From the NCBI GenBank assembly GCA_951406725.2, contig OX597823.1, positions 90,706,001 through 90,770,000 of the forward strand: a stretch of DNA of 64,000 nt. The letters are read 5' to 3'. Under the pieces are notes generated by a model. It worked only from the letters and a program-made list of their open reading frames with translations. It ran no database searches and was not told the DNA's origin. The position numbers and the translations under genes are program-made. Below are positions 44,406-58,191 of this stretch, piece after piece; position 1 is the stretch's first letter; every line of letters begins with the position of its first letter. This DNA comes from Octopus vulgaris. Lineage: Eukaryota.

Positions 44406-44521
44406 GATTCAGATGAATATGGTACTTAAGTTGAGGCACCAGAATTTAGTACGGTATTATACATACAATTTCAAAATAAGGTGGTTAGAATCAAAATAAG
44501 CAACAAGGATATCTAGGGGTA

Positions 44522-44609
44522 ATGCAGTACGATCGTTTCAAGCAACTCCATTTAATTGAACAATACAATCATTACATCAATTTAAATGCAGAGCAATCCT
44601 CAGCTGCAT
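44522..44609 (-). ncRNA. Type I hammerhead motif with extended stem II
   Basis: Minus strand: atgcag CTGAGGA [~57-nt imperfect hairpin] GAAA cgatcg TA ctgcat; palindromic ACGAUCGU stem III. Confidence 0.7.
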
Positions 44610-44679
44610 AAAGACAGAGTTTAATTAAATTAAAACAGATGGACACATTAGTATAATTTTACCTATGTATGGAAGTGGG

Positions 44680-44747
<68 letters not shown>

Positions 44748-45472
44748 AGAGAATGAGAAAGAAATAGAGAGAGAAAGAGAGTGTATGTGTGTGTGTGCGT
44801 GCTCGCGGGCGTGCGCATTTTAGTTCTCATGAGTGGGTGTGTTTGTATGTGCGTGCTTGAGTTTGCGTCTAAGCATGTTAGTTTGTGTATGTGTATGTGT
44901 ATATGCATCTATGTGTATGCTTGCGAGTCTGTGTACTTAGCTGTGTGGTTAAGATGTTTGCTTTTCAAACACATGGGTTTTGAGTTCAGTCTCACCGCGT
45001 GACGCCTTCGGTAAGTATCTTTAACTATAGTGGATTTGGTAGACGAAAACTGGAAAAAGATTTCCTCTCTCTCTCTTTCTCGCTCTCTCTCTTTCTTTCT
45101 TTCTCTCTCTCTCTCTCTTTCCCGGACATCATTTTACATTAGCATTACGTCCGCACATGTCTTGTCTTAATGTTGTGTACGAGATGTATTTTGTTTGTAT
45201 ATTGTGTTGTGTTTGTTTTCGTCACCGTTCTCCACTGTTCGTTCATTCATTCCCAACAGCCTTTTGCTGTTTATGCCAGCAAAATGAACAATCTAATTGT
45301 TAAAGGCGCGAAATTGCTATGACTTTCGGATGACAACCGACGAGGAAAGAGCATGTCCATGTCTTGTGTGTGAATTTTCCGTTTGTTCCTTTGTCGTCCT
45401 TCTGTGCCTTTTTTTAATCTCAAATACATACATACATACATACATACATACATACATACATACATACATACA

Positions 45473-46000
45473 TGGTGGCTGCCCTCTCGTTATCGAGTAT
45501 GGCCATTGCACGAAGCTTAATCAATGTTGTTATTGTTTAAAGTGAGGAAAGGCTGTGCACTGAGTCAATCCCACTCACTAAACAACAGCAGCCATAATCC
45601 GAAAAGAAGAACAAGTCAACATGATCGGTAACCACTGAGCCGCAGTTTTATATCGGAGTTATCCCAGTTACCCGAGTTACCTTCTTCTAGAAGGATGCCC
45701 TAACAAAGGCTAGGAGTCTTTCACTCCCAATGGCTTAACCGCGCGATCGGGTATTCAGTTCGATTATTTCTATGTCCCCGCGCATGATACAGCCTTAAGA
45801 CATTTATTGGATGGCCGTTGAATCTCAAGAGTTCCTCCACTCTTTGACGGGTTTTGTTTTTCATCCCGCAGGGTGTCCAATAAACACCCTCCTCACCAAT
45901 CAAACTTGGTGGGGTTGCCGGTTTAGTCGCCGACGACCCGACCATGCAACAGGTTGTACTGGGTTACATGTTACCAGTAGCACACGAAAGTGACCTGACA
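45473..46000. mobile_element. Unclassified repeat fragment, possibly an RTE-type 5' region
   Basis: GC-balanced non-microsatellite block bounded by (CATA)n; family not established. Confidence 0.3.
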
Positions 46001-46026
46001 CATACATACATACACACACACAGTAA

Positions 46027-46646
<620 letters not shown>

Positions 46647-46712
46647 AATAATAATAATAATAATAATAAAAATAATAATAAACAGAAAATATGTGTAGTA
46701 ATGAGTACATTA

Positions 46713-47015
46713 CAGTGGAACTGTAAGCGGTGGTCCGCGGACCGGTGCCGGTCCGTGAGCCATCAGCTGCCGGTGTGCAGCGAGTTTCCAGAAAAGAAAG
46801 AAACATTATAAAATGCTTATGTAATATTGTATTATTTGTTTACAAAATAACTGTTAGATTAAAAAAAAAACTGTCAACTTTTGTTATATTTATTATATAT
46901 TTGCTTCTGGTATAAATTAATATTACTAAGAAATAATACCGATCCCTGGCACATTGGAAAAAGAAAAAAGAAAAAAACTGCCGGTACGCCATATCAGATA
47001 GTTTGAGAAGCACTG
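46713..47015. mobile_element. hAT/Charlie-like MITE remnant
   Basis: Right end agtttgagaagcactg, degenerate left end cagtg...gtggtccgcggacc; no matching TSD. Confidence 0.5.
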
Positions 47016-47438
47016 CGCTATAAGACATACACGCGATTCAGCAAACTGCCGAAATGATTACATAACAGCAAGCAGTCATTGTGAAATCATACACTCCACC
47101 TCATCAGTGTCTCACAAATGGAAACGAGCGTAGCGATGCATTAAATGTTTATAAAGTCCATCCAAGGATTATTGTTATTATTACTGTATTTATCCTATAT
47201 TATAATCGGTACAGCTCGTTGCTGTCCTCAAAACTGGTTCAGTTTACCAGTCAGCACCATTAAATTGTGGCCAGCATGGTGGAATAGGAGTTTTATTTGC
47301 ATATTCATAACGTTTTCATAAACAAATTTAAAAGATGCAATTGTGTGTGTGTGTAAGTATAAATAGTAATGGTAAGACAACAAAAGAATGAAAGAGACTT
47401 TGATGTTATGTAAATAAAGGAATTTATCTGTAATATAA

Positions 47439-47571
47439 TGTGACAATTATTCGGTTGTTGTAATAAAACTCCGAGTTTTGGATGTTGATAACTGAAGAGA
47501 ATGCCGGTGCAGGTTTCCGCCCCGACATCCAAAACTCGGAGTTTTATTAAGGCAACCGAATAATTGTCACA
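47439..47571. repeat. 47-bp inverted repeat containing a mutated hammerhead (47488-47547)
   Basis: ataa CTGAAGA ...catcc [A]AAA ctcggag TT ttat; G12 is replaced by A in both arms. Confidence 0.65.
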
Positions 47572-47605
47572 GATATATTTCAGATGTGTGTGTGTGTGTG
47601 ATTGT

Positions 47606-47650
47606 CACACGTTGATGACGGGTTACTAATCAGAAACCCGGGTCTGTGTG
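47606..47650 (+). ncRNA. Degenerate type I hammerhead motif
   Basis: cacacg TTGATGA cgggttactaatca GAAA cccggg TC tgtgtg; palindromic ACCCGGGU. Confidence 0.6.
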
Positions 47651-47924
47651 TATCACGCAGGACTACAGATGGAAACGATGATTTCACTTCGTAAATACTA
47701 ATCGGACACAGACAGTGTGTCGTTAGCCAGATGGAGAAGATGTCTTCCTGGGGCTATTCTAGGCGTAGGAATGGGTGTGTGGTAAGTAGCTTGCTTACCA
47801 CCCTCATGGTTCTGGGTTCAGTCCCACTGCGTGGCACCTTGGGCAAGTGTCTTCTACTATAGCTTCGGGCTGACCAATGCCTTGTGAGTGGATTTAGTAG
47901 ATGGAAACTGAAAGAAACCCGTCT

Positions 47925-48035
<111 letters not shown>

Positions 48036-48284
48036 GCTTGTGTGTATGTTTGTGTGTCTGTGTTTGCCCCTCCACCATTGCTTGACAACTGATGCTGGTG
48101 TGTTTACGTCCCCGTAACTTAGCGGTTCGGTAAAAGAGGCCGATAGCCTAAGTACTAGGCTTTCAAAGTATAACTCCTTGGGTCGATTTGTTCGACTAAA
48201 ATGTGATGGACTAGAATGACCGCAGTCAAATGACTAAAACAAGTAAAAGAATATATATATATTCTTTTATTGCTTTACTCTTTT

Positions 48285-48351
<67 letters not shown>

Positions 48352-48393
48352 CAATAATAATTCTCTAAAAGAGATATAGACAGTAACTGCTCG

Positions 48394-48938
48394 ATAACAT
48401 AAGGGACTAAAGCCATCTGAATATGGCTAGGGACAGGGCAGGGTGGTGGGGGTGTTACTGTTGCATTTAGCCCCAGGCGAACATCGACGTCACCAGATAG
48501 GCCCGACACCGTCACGGTGTCCTTTAACCTGCAAAGGGAGGTAATTCCCCGATGAAGCGGAAACCACACACGGACCATGGTTTCAAGGTGTATTGCCTAT
48601 CGTCGGCGTGTGGTAGGCTTCCGCTTCCTCGACGAACACTCACTCTGCAAAATGTATTTTGCTTGAAAATCTATATATGAATATCCTGCAGAGTGAGTGT
48701 TCGTCGAGGAAGCGGAAGCCTACCACACGCCGACGATAGGCAATACACCTTGAAACCATGGTCCGTGTGTGGTTTCCGCTTCATCGGGGAATTACCTCCC
48801 TTTGCAGGTTAAAGGACACCGTGACGGTGTCGGGCCTATCTGGTGACGTCGATGTTCGCCTGGGGCTAAATGCAACAGTAACACCCCCACCACCCTGCCC
48901 TGTCCCTAGCCATATTCAGATGGCTTTAGTCCCTTATG

Positions 48939-48942
<4 letters not shown>
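48394..48942. repeat. Perfect 256-bp inverted repeat with 37-nt spacer
   Basis: 48394-48649 is the reverse complement of 48687-48942; (TA)n arrays lie outside both arms. Confidence 0.97.
48722..48773 (+). ncRNA. Type I hammerhead motif (CCGACGA core), mirrored on the minus strand at 48563-48614
   Basis: cacacg CCGACGA t-agg-caataca-cct-t GAAA ccatgg TC cgtgtg; stem I extended by gaagcggaa/ttccgcttc. Confidence 0.75.
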
Positions 48943-48996
<54 letters not shown>

Positions 48997-49817
48997 TGCT
49001 ATTAGGCAAAAGTGTCGCAAGTCCAAAAGTTGCTTTTTTTTCAGAAAACGAAAAGATAGTTTCGCCATTCTATACAAAAACCGTTGTACAACACTTTGAT
49101 AATTTTTCGTATGTTGGCATCTGAAGCAGCTGGAGATACGATAGTTCGACTGGTTATTGCAAGCATATATACACACATACAAAGCAAAAAAGCACTCTAT
49201 TCAGTGAGAGAGTTCTAAATAGACCGGTGAATAAACTGAAGAATAAAATTAAGCCTTTAGAGATATTTTGATGGTAATTTTGTCTGTCACTATATCTTTT
49301 GGTTTCGTTTTGTCAGTCACTATATCTCTGGGTTTTGTTTTTGTCTGTAAACTGCTGAAAACGACTTTGGGCATGCATTCTTACACTGAGTGAAATGACA
49401 TTAGGATCTAACGAAGGACTTATTTTAAATAATCACCTGAAGAAGTGAATTTTACGCCATGGATGATAATGATTACAGAACATCTCACAAATGCACTAAA
49501 GGTGTAAAAATATGCCGAAACAATTGTAGGGATTTTTAAAAGAAAGAATGTCGTTCATTCCATTTTCTATCATTCATCTACTTGTATAAACTCTACAGAT
49601 ACTATGGAATTCCTGAAGTACAACCAGTAGCTGGAACATTTCCACTGTATGACGACATCAGGTAACCGATAACTGTGAAGGTGCTTTGCATAGCATTCTA
49701 CAAGGTTTTTACCCGAATTTTATTTAACTATTTATACATACTTTTATATTAAAGCTGACAAAAAAAAAAATCTCCACATATTGTAAATTAAAGTTTCATG
49801 GTTCCGTTCATCGGGCG

Positions 49818-49857
49818 ACTGTCCGACGAACGTTGACATGAAACGCTGAGTAACAGT
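49818..49857 (+). ncRNA. Type I hammerhead motif (CCGACGA core) in a pLTR-like repeat
   Basis: actgt CCGACGA acgttgacat GAAA cgctgag TA acagt. Downstream sequence has a reverse homolog at 13860-13930. Confidence 0.65.
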
Positions 49858-50050
49858 TTGTGAAGATGGTTTTGGCTTTAATAAAAGCACATTACTCTAC
49901 CTTAGGTATTCGAGTACTATTTTGTTTACTACTTTGATTTGCATTTATATGCTCACTTGTGTGTGCGTGTGTGTGTGTGTGTGTATGTGTGTGTGTGTGT
50001 AATAAGACAGACAGATTGATAGATTGATGGGTAGATAGATAGATAGATGA

Positions 50051-50107
<57 letters not shown>

Positions 50108-50112
50108 CAGAC

Positions 50113-50184
<72 letters not shown>

Positions 50185-51091
50185 GGACAGAGGGATTGAT
50201 CAATAGATATAAAGGCGCTTGCATGTGTGTGCGTGTTTCAGTATGTGCCTATTTATGTGCCCCAGAAACGCACCATCTGGACCGGCAGTTAAGTATGTTG
50301 TATGCACCCCAGATATGAATCTAAGCATTAATTAATAAATACATAATTAAGAAAAAAAAGAGTAGGATAACCAATTCATTAAAAAGAGAGAAAAATGCCG
50401 ATTAAATGCATGGAAGTCCATGTATAATTTTGTGAATGGTTCCAATTTTGATGTTGTCTAGGCACCATATCCGCTCGTCTTTTATGATTTGTGATTAGAT
50501 TTGAGTGTAAAAGCTATTAATAGCGCCGCGCCATAATTCCAGTATTGTTATATGTAAGTTTAAGATAGAATGAAAATATAAAAGGAATTGGTTACGCGAA
50601 GTCATTACACGGAGTGAGTGAGGTGTGTGTGTGTCTGTGTATTGTGTGTACCGTGTGTGTAAGTATGTGTGTTTGTGCGTGTGTTGTTTTGTGTAGATAA
50701 TGATTGAGTTAATTTCACGATACACGTTGATTCTATGGTGGTGTGTGAAATTGTATAATTATAAACACACAGACACGCACACATGCACACAGACACACAC
50801 GTATATGCTTGAGCGCGCGTTGGTTTGTGTATATTATATATTTTTTCATTTATATATATGAATACATAAATCTATAAATGTATACACATTTATATATATG
50901 TATGTATACATCCATATATGCATACATACTTATATACATGTATGCATACTTGTATATATGTCTATATGCATATATGTATACATACTTACACACACACACA
51001 TATATATATGTGTGTGTGTATATACATATATATGAGTAAGTGGATAAATGAATAAAAGGCACTCAACACGTTTAGTAAGAGTCGCGTATAT

Positions 51092-51305
51092 TCTTTTCTA
51101 CTCTAGGCACAAGACCTGAAATTTTGGGGAAGGGGTCCAGTCGATTAGATCAACTCCAGAACGCAACTGGTACTTAATTTATCGCCCCCGAAATGATGAA
51201 AGGCAAAGTCAACCTCGGCGGAATTTGAACTCAGAACATAAAGACAGACGAAATATCGCTAAGCATTTCGCCCGGTGTGCTAACGTTTCTGCCAGCTCGC
51301 CACCT
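51092..51305 (-). mobile_element. Family D SINE (alternative tail) with ~14-bp TSD
   Basis: Flanks agagtcgcgtatat and agagttgcatatat differ only by CpG transitions. Confidence 0.88.
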
Positions 51306-51826
51306 TAGAGTTGCATATATCATTATTTAAACAAGTTTGATTCTGTTATATGTGACTTAAAGTTTCGCAGGCTTCTATACTCTGAGCGTGAACGTGTCGG
51401 GTTTCTGTTAGAAGCTTGTGAAACTTTAAGTCGCATACAACCGAATCATGCTGTTTTGAATAGTGTATGTATGTATGTATGTATGTATGTATGTATGTAT
51501 GTATGTATGTATGGAGACACGGGCATGGCTGTACGGTTAAGACATTCACCTCTCAATCGTTTGATTTAGGGTCCAGTACCTTTGCATTGCACCTTGAGCA
51601 GAGGCATAAGTCAGTCCTCACGTTGCCACCCATTCGCAGGCCCCCGGGCCTTTATAAGCTCACAGGGCTGACCCAAAAGCGGTATCGTCACAAGAGATTC
51701 CCACAGTGAGAGCTACCCCCTCTTGCGCCCTAACTACATCACTGACGTTGCGTATTTCCCACGATAAATCCAGTAGAACCAAAGATTTATAGATGGATTT
51801 GATAGACAGAAAAGCCTGTCGTTTGT

Positions 51827-51905
<79 letters not shown>

Positions 51906-51939
51906 TGTGTGCGTGCGGGCACGCGAACGTATTGATGAA

Positions 51940-52055
51940 GAAAACGGAAGATAGATTTAACACTAGTCTTTATTCAGTACGGCCATCGTTTCAACCCACT
52001 CTGCAACGATCGCCGTACTGAATAAAAATTAGTGGTAAATCTATTTTCTGTTTCC
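51940..52055. repeat. Imperfect ~50-bp inverted repeat
   Basis: atagatttaacactagtctttattcagtacggccatcgtt / aacgatcgccgtactgaataaaaattagtggtaaatctat. Confidence 0.8.
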
Positions 52056-52185
52056 TCTCTTTTGCCGAACTGCTACGTTACGGGGACGTAAACATACCAA
52101 CACCGGTTCTCAAGCAGTGGTGGGGGACAAACGCAGACACAAACACACACACACACACACACATAACGGGCGTCTTTCAGTTTCT

Positions 52186-52775
52186 TATTTCTTTATTGCC
52201 CACAAGGGGCTAAACATAGAGGGACAAACAAGGAAGGACAGACAAACGGATTAAGTCGATTATATCGACCCCAGTGCGTAACTGGTACTTATTTAATCGA
52301 CCCCGAAAGGATGAGAGGCAAAGTCGACCTCGGCGGAATTTGAACTCAGAACGTAGCGGCAGACAAATACCTATTTCTTTACTACCCACAAGGGGCTAAA
52401 CACAGAGGGGACAAACAAGGACAGACAAACGGATTAAGTCAATTACATCGACCCTAGTGCGTAACTGGTACTTAATTTATCAACCCTGAAAGGATGAAAG
52501 GCAAAGTCGACCTCAGCGGAATTTGAACTCAGAACGTAGCGGCAGACAAATACCTATTTCTTTACTACCCTCAAGGGGCTAAACACAGAGGGGACAAACA
52601 AGGACAGACACACGGATTAAGTCGATTAAGTGCGTAACTGGTACTTATTTTATCGACCCTGAAAGGATGAAAGGCAAAGTCGACCTCGGCGGAATTTGAA
52701 CTCAGAACGTAACAGCAGACAAAATACGGCTATGCATTTCGCCCGGCGTGCTAACGTTTCTGCCAGCTCACCGCT
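52186..52775 (-). mobile_element. Family D SINE trimer inserted in a family A SINE
   Basis: Three units with one TSD, tctttca(g/a)tttct, at 52173-52185 and 52776-52788. Confidence 0.9.
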
Positions 52776-53319
52776 TCTTTCAATTTCTGTCTACCAAATC
52801 CACTCACATGGTGCCATGCTGTAGGACTGAACCTGCAACCATGTGCTAGGGAAGCAAACTGCATACCGCTCAGCCGTGCCTGCATCTATGTCGTAATTTC
52901 AATCACATACACTTCACGGAAATCGGGATAAGCTCCCGGTCTTATGAGTTCTAAGGCATAAGTGAATAACACTAAGCTAATGAGTGATTTGAGCAAGATT
53001 TAACTGCTATTTCTAGCAAGTCGAATGACCACAGAGATTCCTCGCTTTCGCTGGTTTTCTATTTGTTCTCGCAGCTGTTGTTGTTGTTGTTCTTGCCGCT
53101 GTTAATATGGCCGTTTACTGTTGATATCTCTCATTATTACAGTTATTGTTGATGTCGTTGCAGTTGTCGCTAACGTTTATTACTATTACTGTTGCTATCA
53201 TTGCAATTATCACTCAAGTTGCAGTTGTTATGTCGCTATCGTCTGTTATTGGAAGAAGCAGACGACAATTGCTTTGAATGGCGTAAACTGGACTGATACA
53301 TTCGACGCACACATTCTTT

Positions 53320-53609
53320 TTTCACGCTTTCCCTCTTTCTCCCATTCTTTGTCTTTCTCCATTTCTTCCTCGTTTCACATCCTGCCACCTTATCTCTCTC
53401 TCTTTTATTTCGCCATTATTTCAGTTAAAATCTCTTTTACACATGATTTTTTTAAAAACCTTTCATTTCTCTACTCTTCCCCTTCTCTCTCTCTATCTAT
53501 CTCACTTTTCATTAAGTAACTTTCACTCTCTCTCTTTCCATTTAGTACCCCTCTCTATCTCTGTGACTTCCCCCTTTTCATTTATTACCTTTTTGTCCCT
53601 CTCTGCGAC

Positions 53610-53650
<41 letters not shown>

Positions 53651-54300
53651 CTTCATTTAGTCTCTTTCTTTCACTCTTTGTGACGCTCTCCCTCTTCATT
53701 TAGCATCTTTCTCTGTGACCCTCTCTCTCTCTCTCACTGTGATTCTCTGCTTCTCTAAAATTCCTCCCTTTTAATCTCACCCCTGCCCCGCTTCTCTCTT
53801 TTATTTCTCCATACTAAATTTCGGTAAAGGCAGGAAGAGGCAAAGTTAGCTTCGGTGGAATTTGAACACACAACATAAAGGCAGACGAAACATCACTAAA
53901 CATTTTGTCCAGCCTGCTAACGATTCTGCCAACTTGCTGCCGTATTTCTCCATTATATTTATTAATATCTATTTCCCTTTCTAATCTCTCTCCAACTTTC
54001 CTTTTCATTAAGTATCTGTCTATCTGCCTGTCTCTTTCCTTCTCATCTTTCTCTCTCTTTTCATTTAGTATCTGTCTGTCTGTCTTTTCCCTCTTTTCAT
54101 TTAGTGTCCTTCTCTTTCTCACTCTCTCCTTATGACTCTCTTTTCATTTAGTGACTCTCTCTCTCTTTGTATCTATCTTCCCTTTCTCTTATAACTGTTT
54201 CTATTTCCTTTTTCTACTCACCCCTTCTCTCCTCTTCTCTTTCGACGCTTCTTTCTCCTTTTCTCTGAACCCCCCCTTCATCTTTCTATCACTATATCTC
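53320..54300. repeat. Polypyrimidine (CT-rich) low-complexity domain
   Basis: Nearly pure C/T on the + strand, with a SINE head fragment at 53815-53945. Confidence 0.8.
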
Positions 54301-54702
54301 TAATAGAATATGTTATAGGACATTACACACTGTGGATACCAAACAATATAGTACTGTATGTGAGTGTGTATACGTGTGTGTTTGCATGCATTACACCCAC
54401 ACATAGATATGCACAATCATATACAAACATACATACATACGTACACCTACATACATAACCATATACATACACGCATACATAATATGTACAAATATACACA
54501 GAGGCACTTTAGGCAAATTATGACTTTGCAAGTCATAACTTGCCTGAAGATTCCCAACTAAATGGTCCTGAGATCAGTCTCACCGTATGGCACCTGGGAC
54601 AAATTTCTTCAAGACCCAGGCTGACCAAAGTCTTGTGAGTGGATTTGATAGATGGAAACTGAAAGAAATCCATCGTGTTAGCCACTAAACCTTTTCTATG
54701 TT

Positions 54703-55350
54703 CTCTCCCAGTTTATTTCTGTGTTCCTTTCTTTTGAAGAGCGTAGGCTCGAAATGTAAAAGACTTTCTCACTTCCCGAGTGTTAAACTAATACATCTGT
54801 TTGTTGTTTACACACCCGTCTTCATCTTTTTTTTTTTGTAAATTCTCACTATATATTACACGCTCACGTGCTCGCATCAGTTTTATCCTTTCTCCACCTC
54901 ATAACTTTTCGAACTTTTCTTGGACTATTCTACCTGGATTCTCTACCTGGACTTTCTATTCTCCTACACTCGGACTCCTACACTTCGGCTGCACCTCTCC
55001 TACCCATGGATTTGACAGGACTCTTCCGTTGATGAGAAATCGCTCCAATACACCATGACGTTTGAACCTTTTGAACTTTTCTAAACTTTTTTTGTACTTT
55101 CTGCCTTTTCCTATTGTCGTTTATCTCAATCCACCCCCTCTGACCGGCATTCGCCATGATAGATCGTTTTTTATTTTCTCTCCCTGTTTATTTCTGTGTT
55201 CCTTTCTGTTGAAGAGCGTAGGCTCGAAACGTAAAAGACTTTCTCACTTCCTGAGCGTTAAATTAATACATCTGTTTGTTGTTTACACACCCGTCTTCGT
55301 CTTTTTTTGTTTTTTTTTGTTTTTTTTTGTTTGTAAATTATCACTATATA
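54703..55350 (+). mobile_element. Tandem pLTR-like direct repeats with hammerhead-like core
   Basis: 54703-54855 is repeated at 55175-55350 with ttgaagagcgtaggctcgaaa(c/t)gta. A third, reverse copy lies at 16450-16605. Confidence 0.55.
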
Positions 55351-55360
55351 TACATATCTA

Positions 55361-55750
55361 TCTATAATATATTAAAAATGAACTTCAATCTTGCTTGCTT
55401 GCTTGCAATGTTACACAGCCAAACTGGCACATAATGGGAAAATACTTTGAAAGTAAAGTGTCCCTGAAATGTGAATACAAACGAAATAAAATAAGTTTCG
55501 CGTAAATTGGACCAGTGGTTATTGAGATAGACAAGGTTTTGAGGGTGTAGATACCCAAAACGGCGCATAATGGGAAAATACTCCGAAAATAACTTAACCC
55601 TGAAAGGGAAGAAACTCGAACCTTTCCATTGGACACATTATAATGGACAAAATATTTTAAATTGAAAATGACTTTTAAAAATACGGTAAATATTTTGTAA
55701 AAGACTCGTTTATAATCTTGGTGTGAAATAGTTTTTTTCTCTCCATAGGT
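55361..55750 (+). mobile_element. Possible Helitron 5' fragment
   Basis: Begins a|tctataatatattaaaa; a 3' CTAG/hairpin end is not convincing. Confidence 0.3.
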
Positions 55751-56510
55751 TTCTTTTGAGTGCATTCAACGTATCTCACCTCCAAAGATTTGGCTGCTAT
55801 TTTTAGCACACCCTACTACCACGTAACAGCTATTTGCAATAAAGGAGCCAAAATATCTGTTAGGTGGTATCAGGGTGTGCAAGAAATAGCAGCCAAATTT
55901 TTCCTTTTCTGGAGAAAGGAGCCGTTTATGTATGATTTTGATGTCACATTTATTGAAAGCATACGAAATAACCTGGGCTAGTCAAGCAGTTCTGGCAACG
56001 ACCATGCTCAAAAAGTGTTTTTGATGTGCTACCTGCACATGAGCCAGTCCAGCGGCACTGGGAACAAACACGCTTGAAATATATATGCTGTGATTGAGAA
56101 GACTCGACAACTAAAGTGAGATCGCAGCCATGGCTGAAGCCAGTGTTGCATGTCTGGTCCATTTCAAAGTACCTTTGATATGACGAGTGATATGATATGC
56201 TTGAAAAGACCTGTTGAGTCAAGAAAATTCAAAATCGTAGCTGTGGTCAGTGCCCCCTGATTGGCTCCTGTTCTGGTGACACATAAAAAGCACCCAATAC
56301 ACTCTCGGAGTGGTTGGCATTAGGAAGGGCATCCAGCTGTAGAAACACTGCCAGATTAGATTGGAGCCTGGTGCTGCCACTGGCTTTCCAGACCTCAGTC
56401 AAACCATCCAACACCCATGCCAGCATGGAAAACGGACGTTAAATGATGATGATGATGATGATGATGATGATACATACATACATACATACATACATACATA
56501 CATACATACA

Positions 56511-56574
<64 letters not shown>

Positions 56575-56941
56575 GAAAGTGAGTTCACGGTGTATCCTAC
56601 ACCAGTTTCACACAACAAGCCCCACCCCATTCAAAGTACATTGAATCATGTACTGCTGTGCTTACCTTGGATTGTAGGGTGACCTGCTGTGCTTGAGGAG
56701 ACCTATTGAGTCAAGTACATCAACATCAAAATGAAAATCAAATGGAAATTGTAGTTGTGATCTCCATGCCAGTGGCACGTAAAAAGCACCATCCGAACGT
56801 GGCCGATGCCAGCTCTGCCTTGCCTGGCGTCCGTGCCGGTGGCACTTTTGCTCCAACATTAGACTACTTGACTACTTCCTTTCTGTAAATGGTGAAATAT
56901 TGAAATATTAATATATATATATATATACATATATATAATAT

Positions 56942-57011
<70 letters not shown>

Positions 57012-58191
57012 TATATCATCTCAGTTTTTTAGTCACAGAATATATACATCACTAAGCATTGTTTAAGCATTTTTATTCGCAGAGTAACTCCATCACATTT
57101 CATTAGCTATTTCATTAACCGACGAACTATTGGTTAGCGATGTTATTAACTAACGAGGAAATTCAAGCACAAATGATTCCATTCTGCCGTTTCCATCTGA
57201 AAATTATTTCAGAAATTTACAGAAACACTCAAGAAACAAATTAATATCCAAACGCTGTATTACTGTTACTGCAAGAATTCAATGCTCCATCGAGGAACAG
57301 CAAACTCACAAAAACAACAGGATTGTCTAACAAACGTTGCTCATAATTTCTTATTTTAAGATCTCCTCTCGTTCTGCCATTTGAAATTAATGTTGTTGTA
57401 TTCCTGCAATTTTTTCTGGAGATGGTTTCTATTTTTAAAGATATTTTAAAAATGAATTTACTCTTTTAATTTATGAATTTATTGAGTGAATTGGGTCGTT
57501 TTATTTTAAATTTTACCTGTTTCAGTCATTGGACTGTGGCCAGACTGGAGCACGACTTTTGAGGTCTTTTAGTCAAAAAGAACGATTCTCTTACTCGTTA
57601 TTCTTTTCAAGTCTGATACTTAATCTTTTAGATGTTTTATTTTTTGGGGCTGAACCATTAAGTTATTGGGACATAAACAAACCAGCACTGGTTGTCAAGT
57701 GGCGGGGAAGTCATGAGCACAAAGACACACAGACATATGTGAGTGTGCATGCATGTGTGTATGTATGTGTGTGTGTGTGTGTACCACCAAGCATCCATAC
57801 AATTTCAATCAGCCAAATTTATTCACAAGGCATTGGTCAGCTCAGGGCTATAGCAGAATACATTTGCCCAAGGTGCCACACAGTGGGACTGAACCTGAAA
57901 CCATGTTTTCACAAAGCAAGCTTCTTAGCCACACTACCATGTCAGTGCCCGTGGATGTAATTACCGTTCTTTATTCGTCTGTGTATGTTTGAACATTTTG
58001 TTTCCACACTTAATAAAGTGCAAAGGATTAACTCGCAAGTAAATCATTTTGTTAATGTATAACGATGTATTTACTCTGCTGATAAAAACTATATTGAGGA
58101 AACATTTTAACAATCAGGAAATTCCTATACAATAAAATTACATTACTGAGGGAGAGCGTTAAGCTGTGATAAATAAAATTGGAATGTTCTT

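Noticed and set aside
48288-49099. Identical ORFs MVRVWFPLHRG... on both strands
   Set aside because: A by-product of the perfect inverted repeat; no domain, and both run into (TA)n.
52186-52775. CRISPR-like or tRNA-array appearance of the tandem units
   Set aside because: Units are ~175-bp SINE bodies without unique spacers; no cas genes; the heads do not form complete tRNAs.
57060-57400. Possible exon in unique AT-rich sequence
   Set aside because: Stops occur in the plausible frames on both strands.
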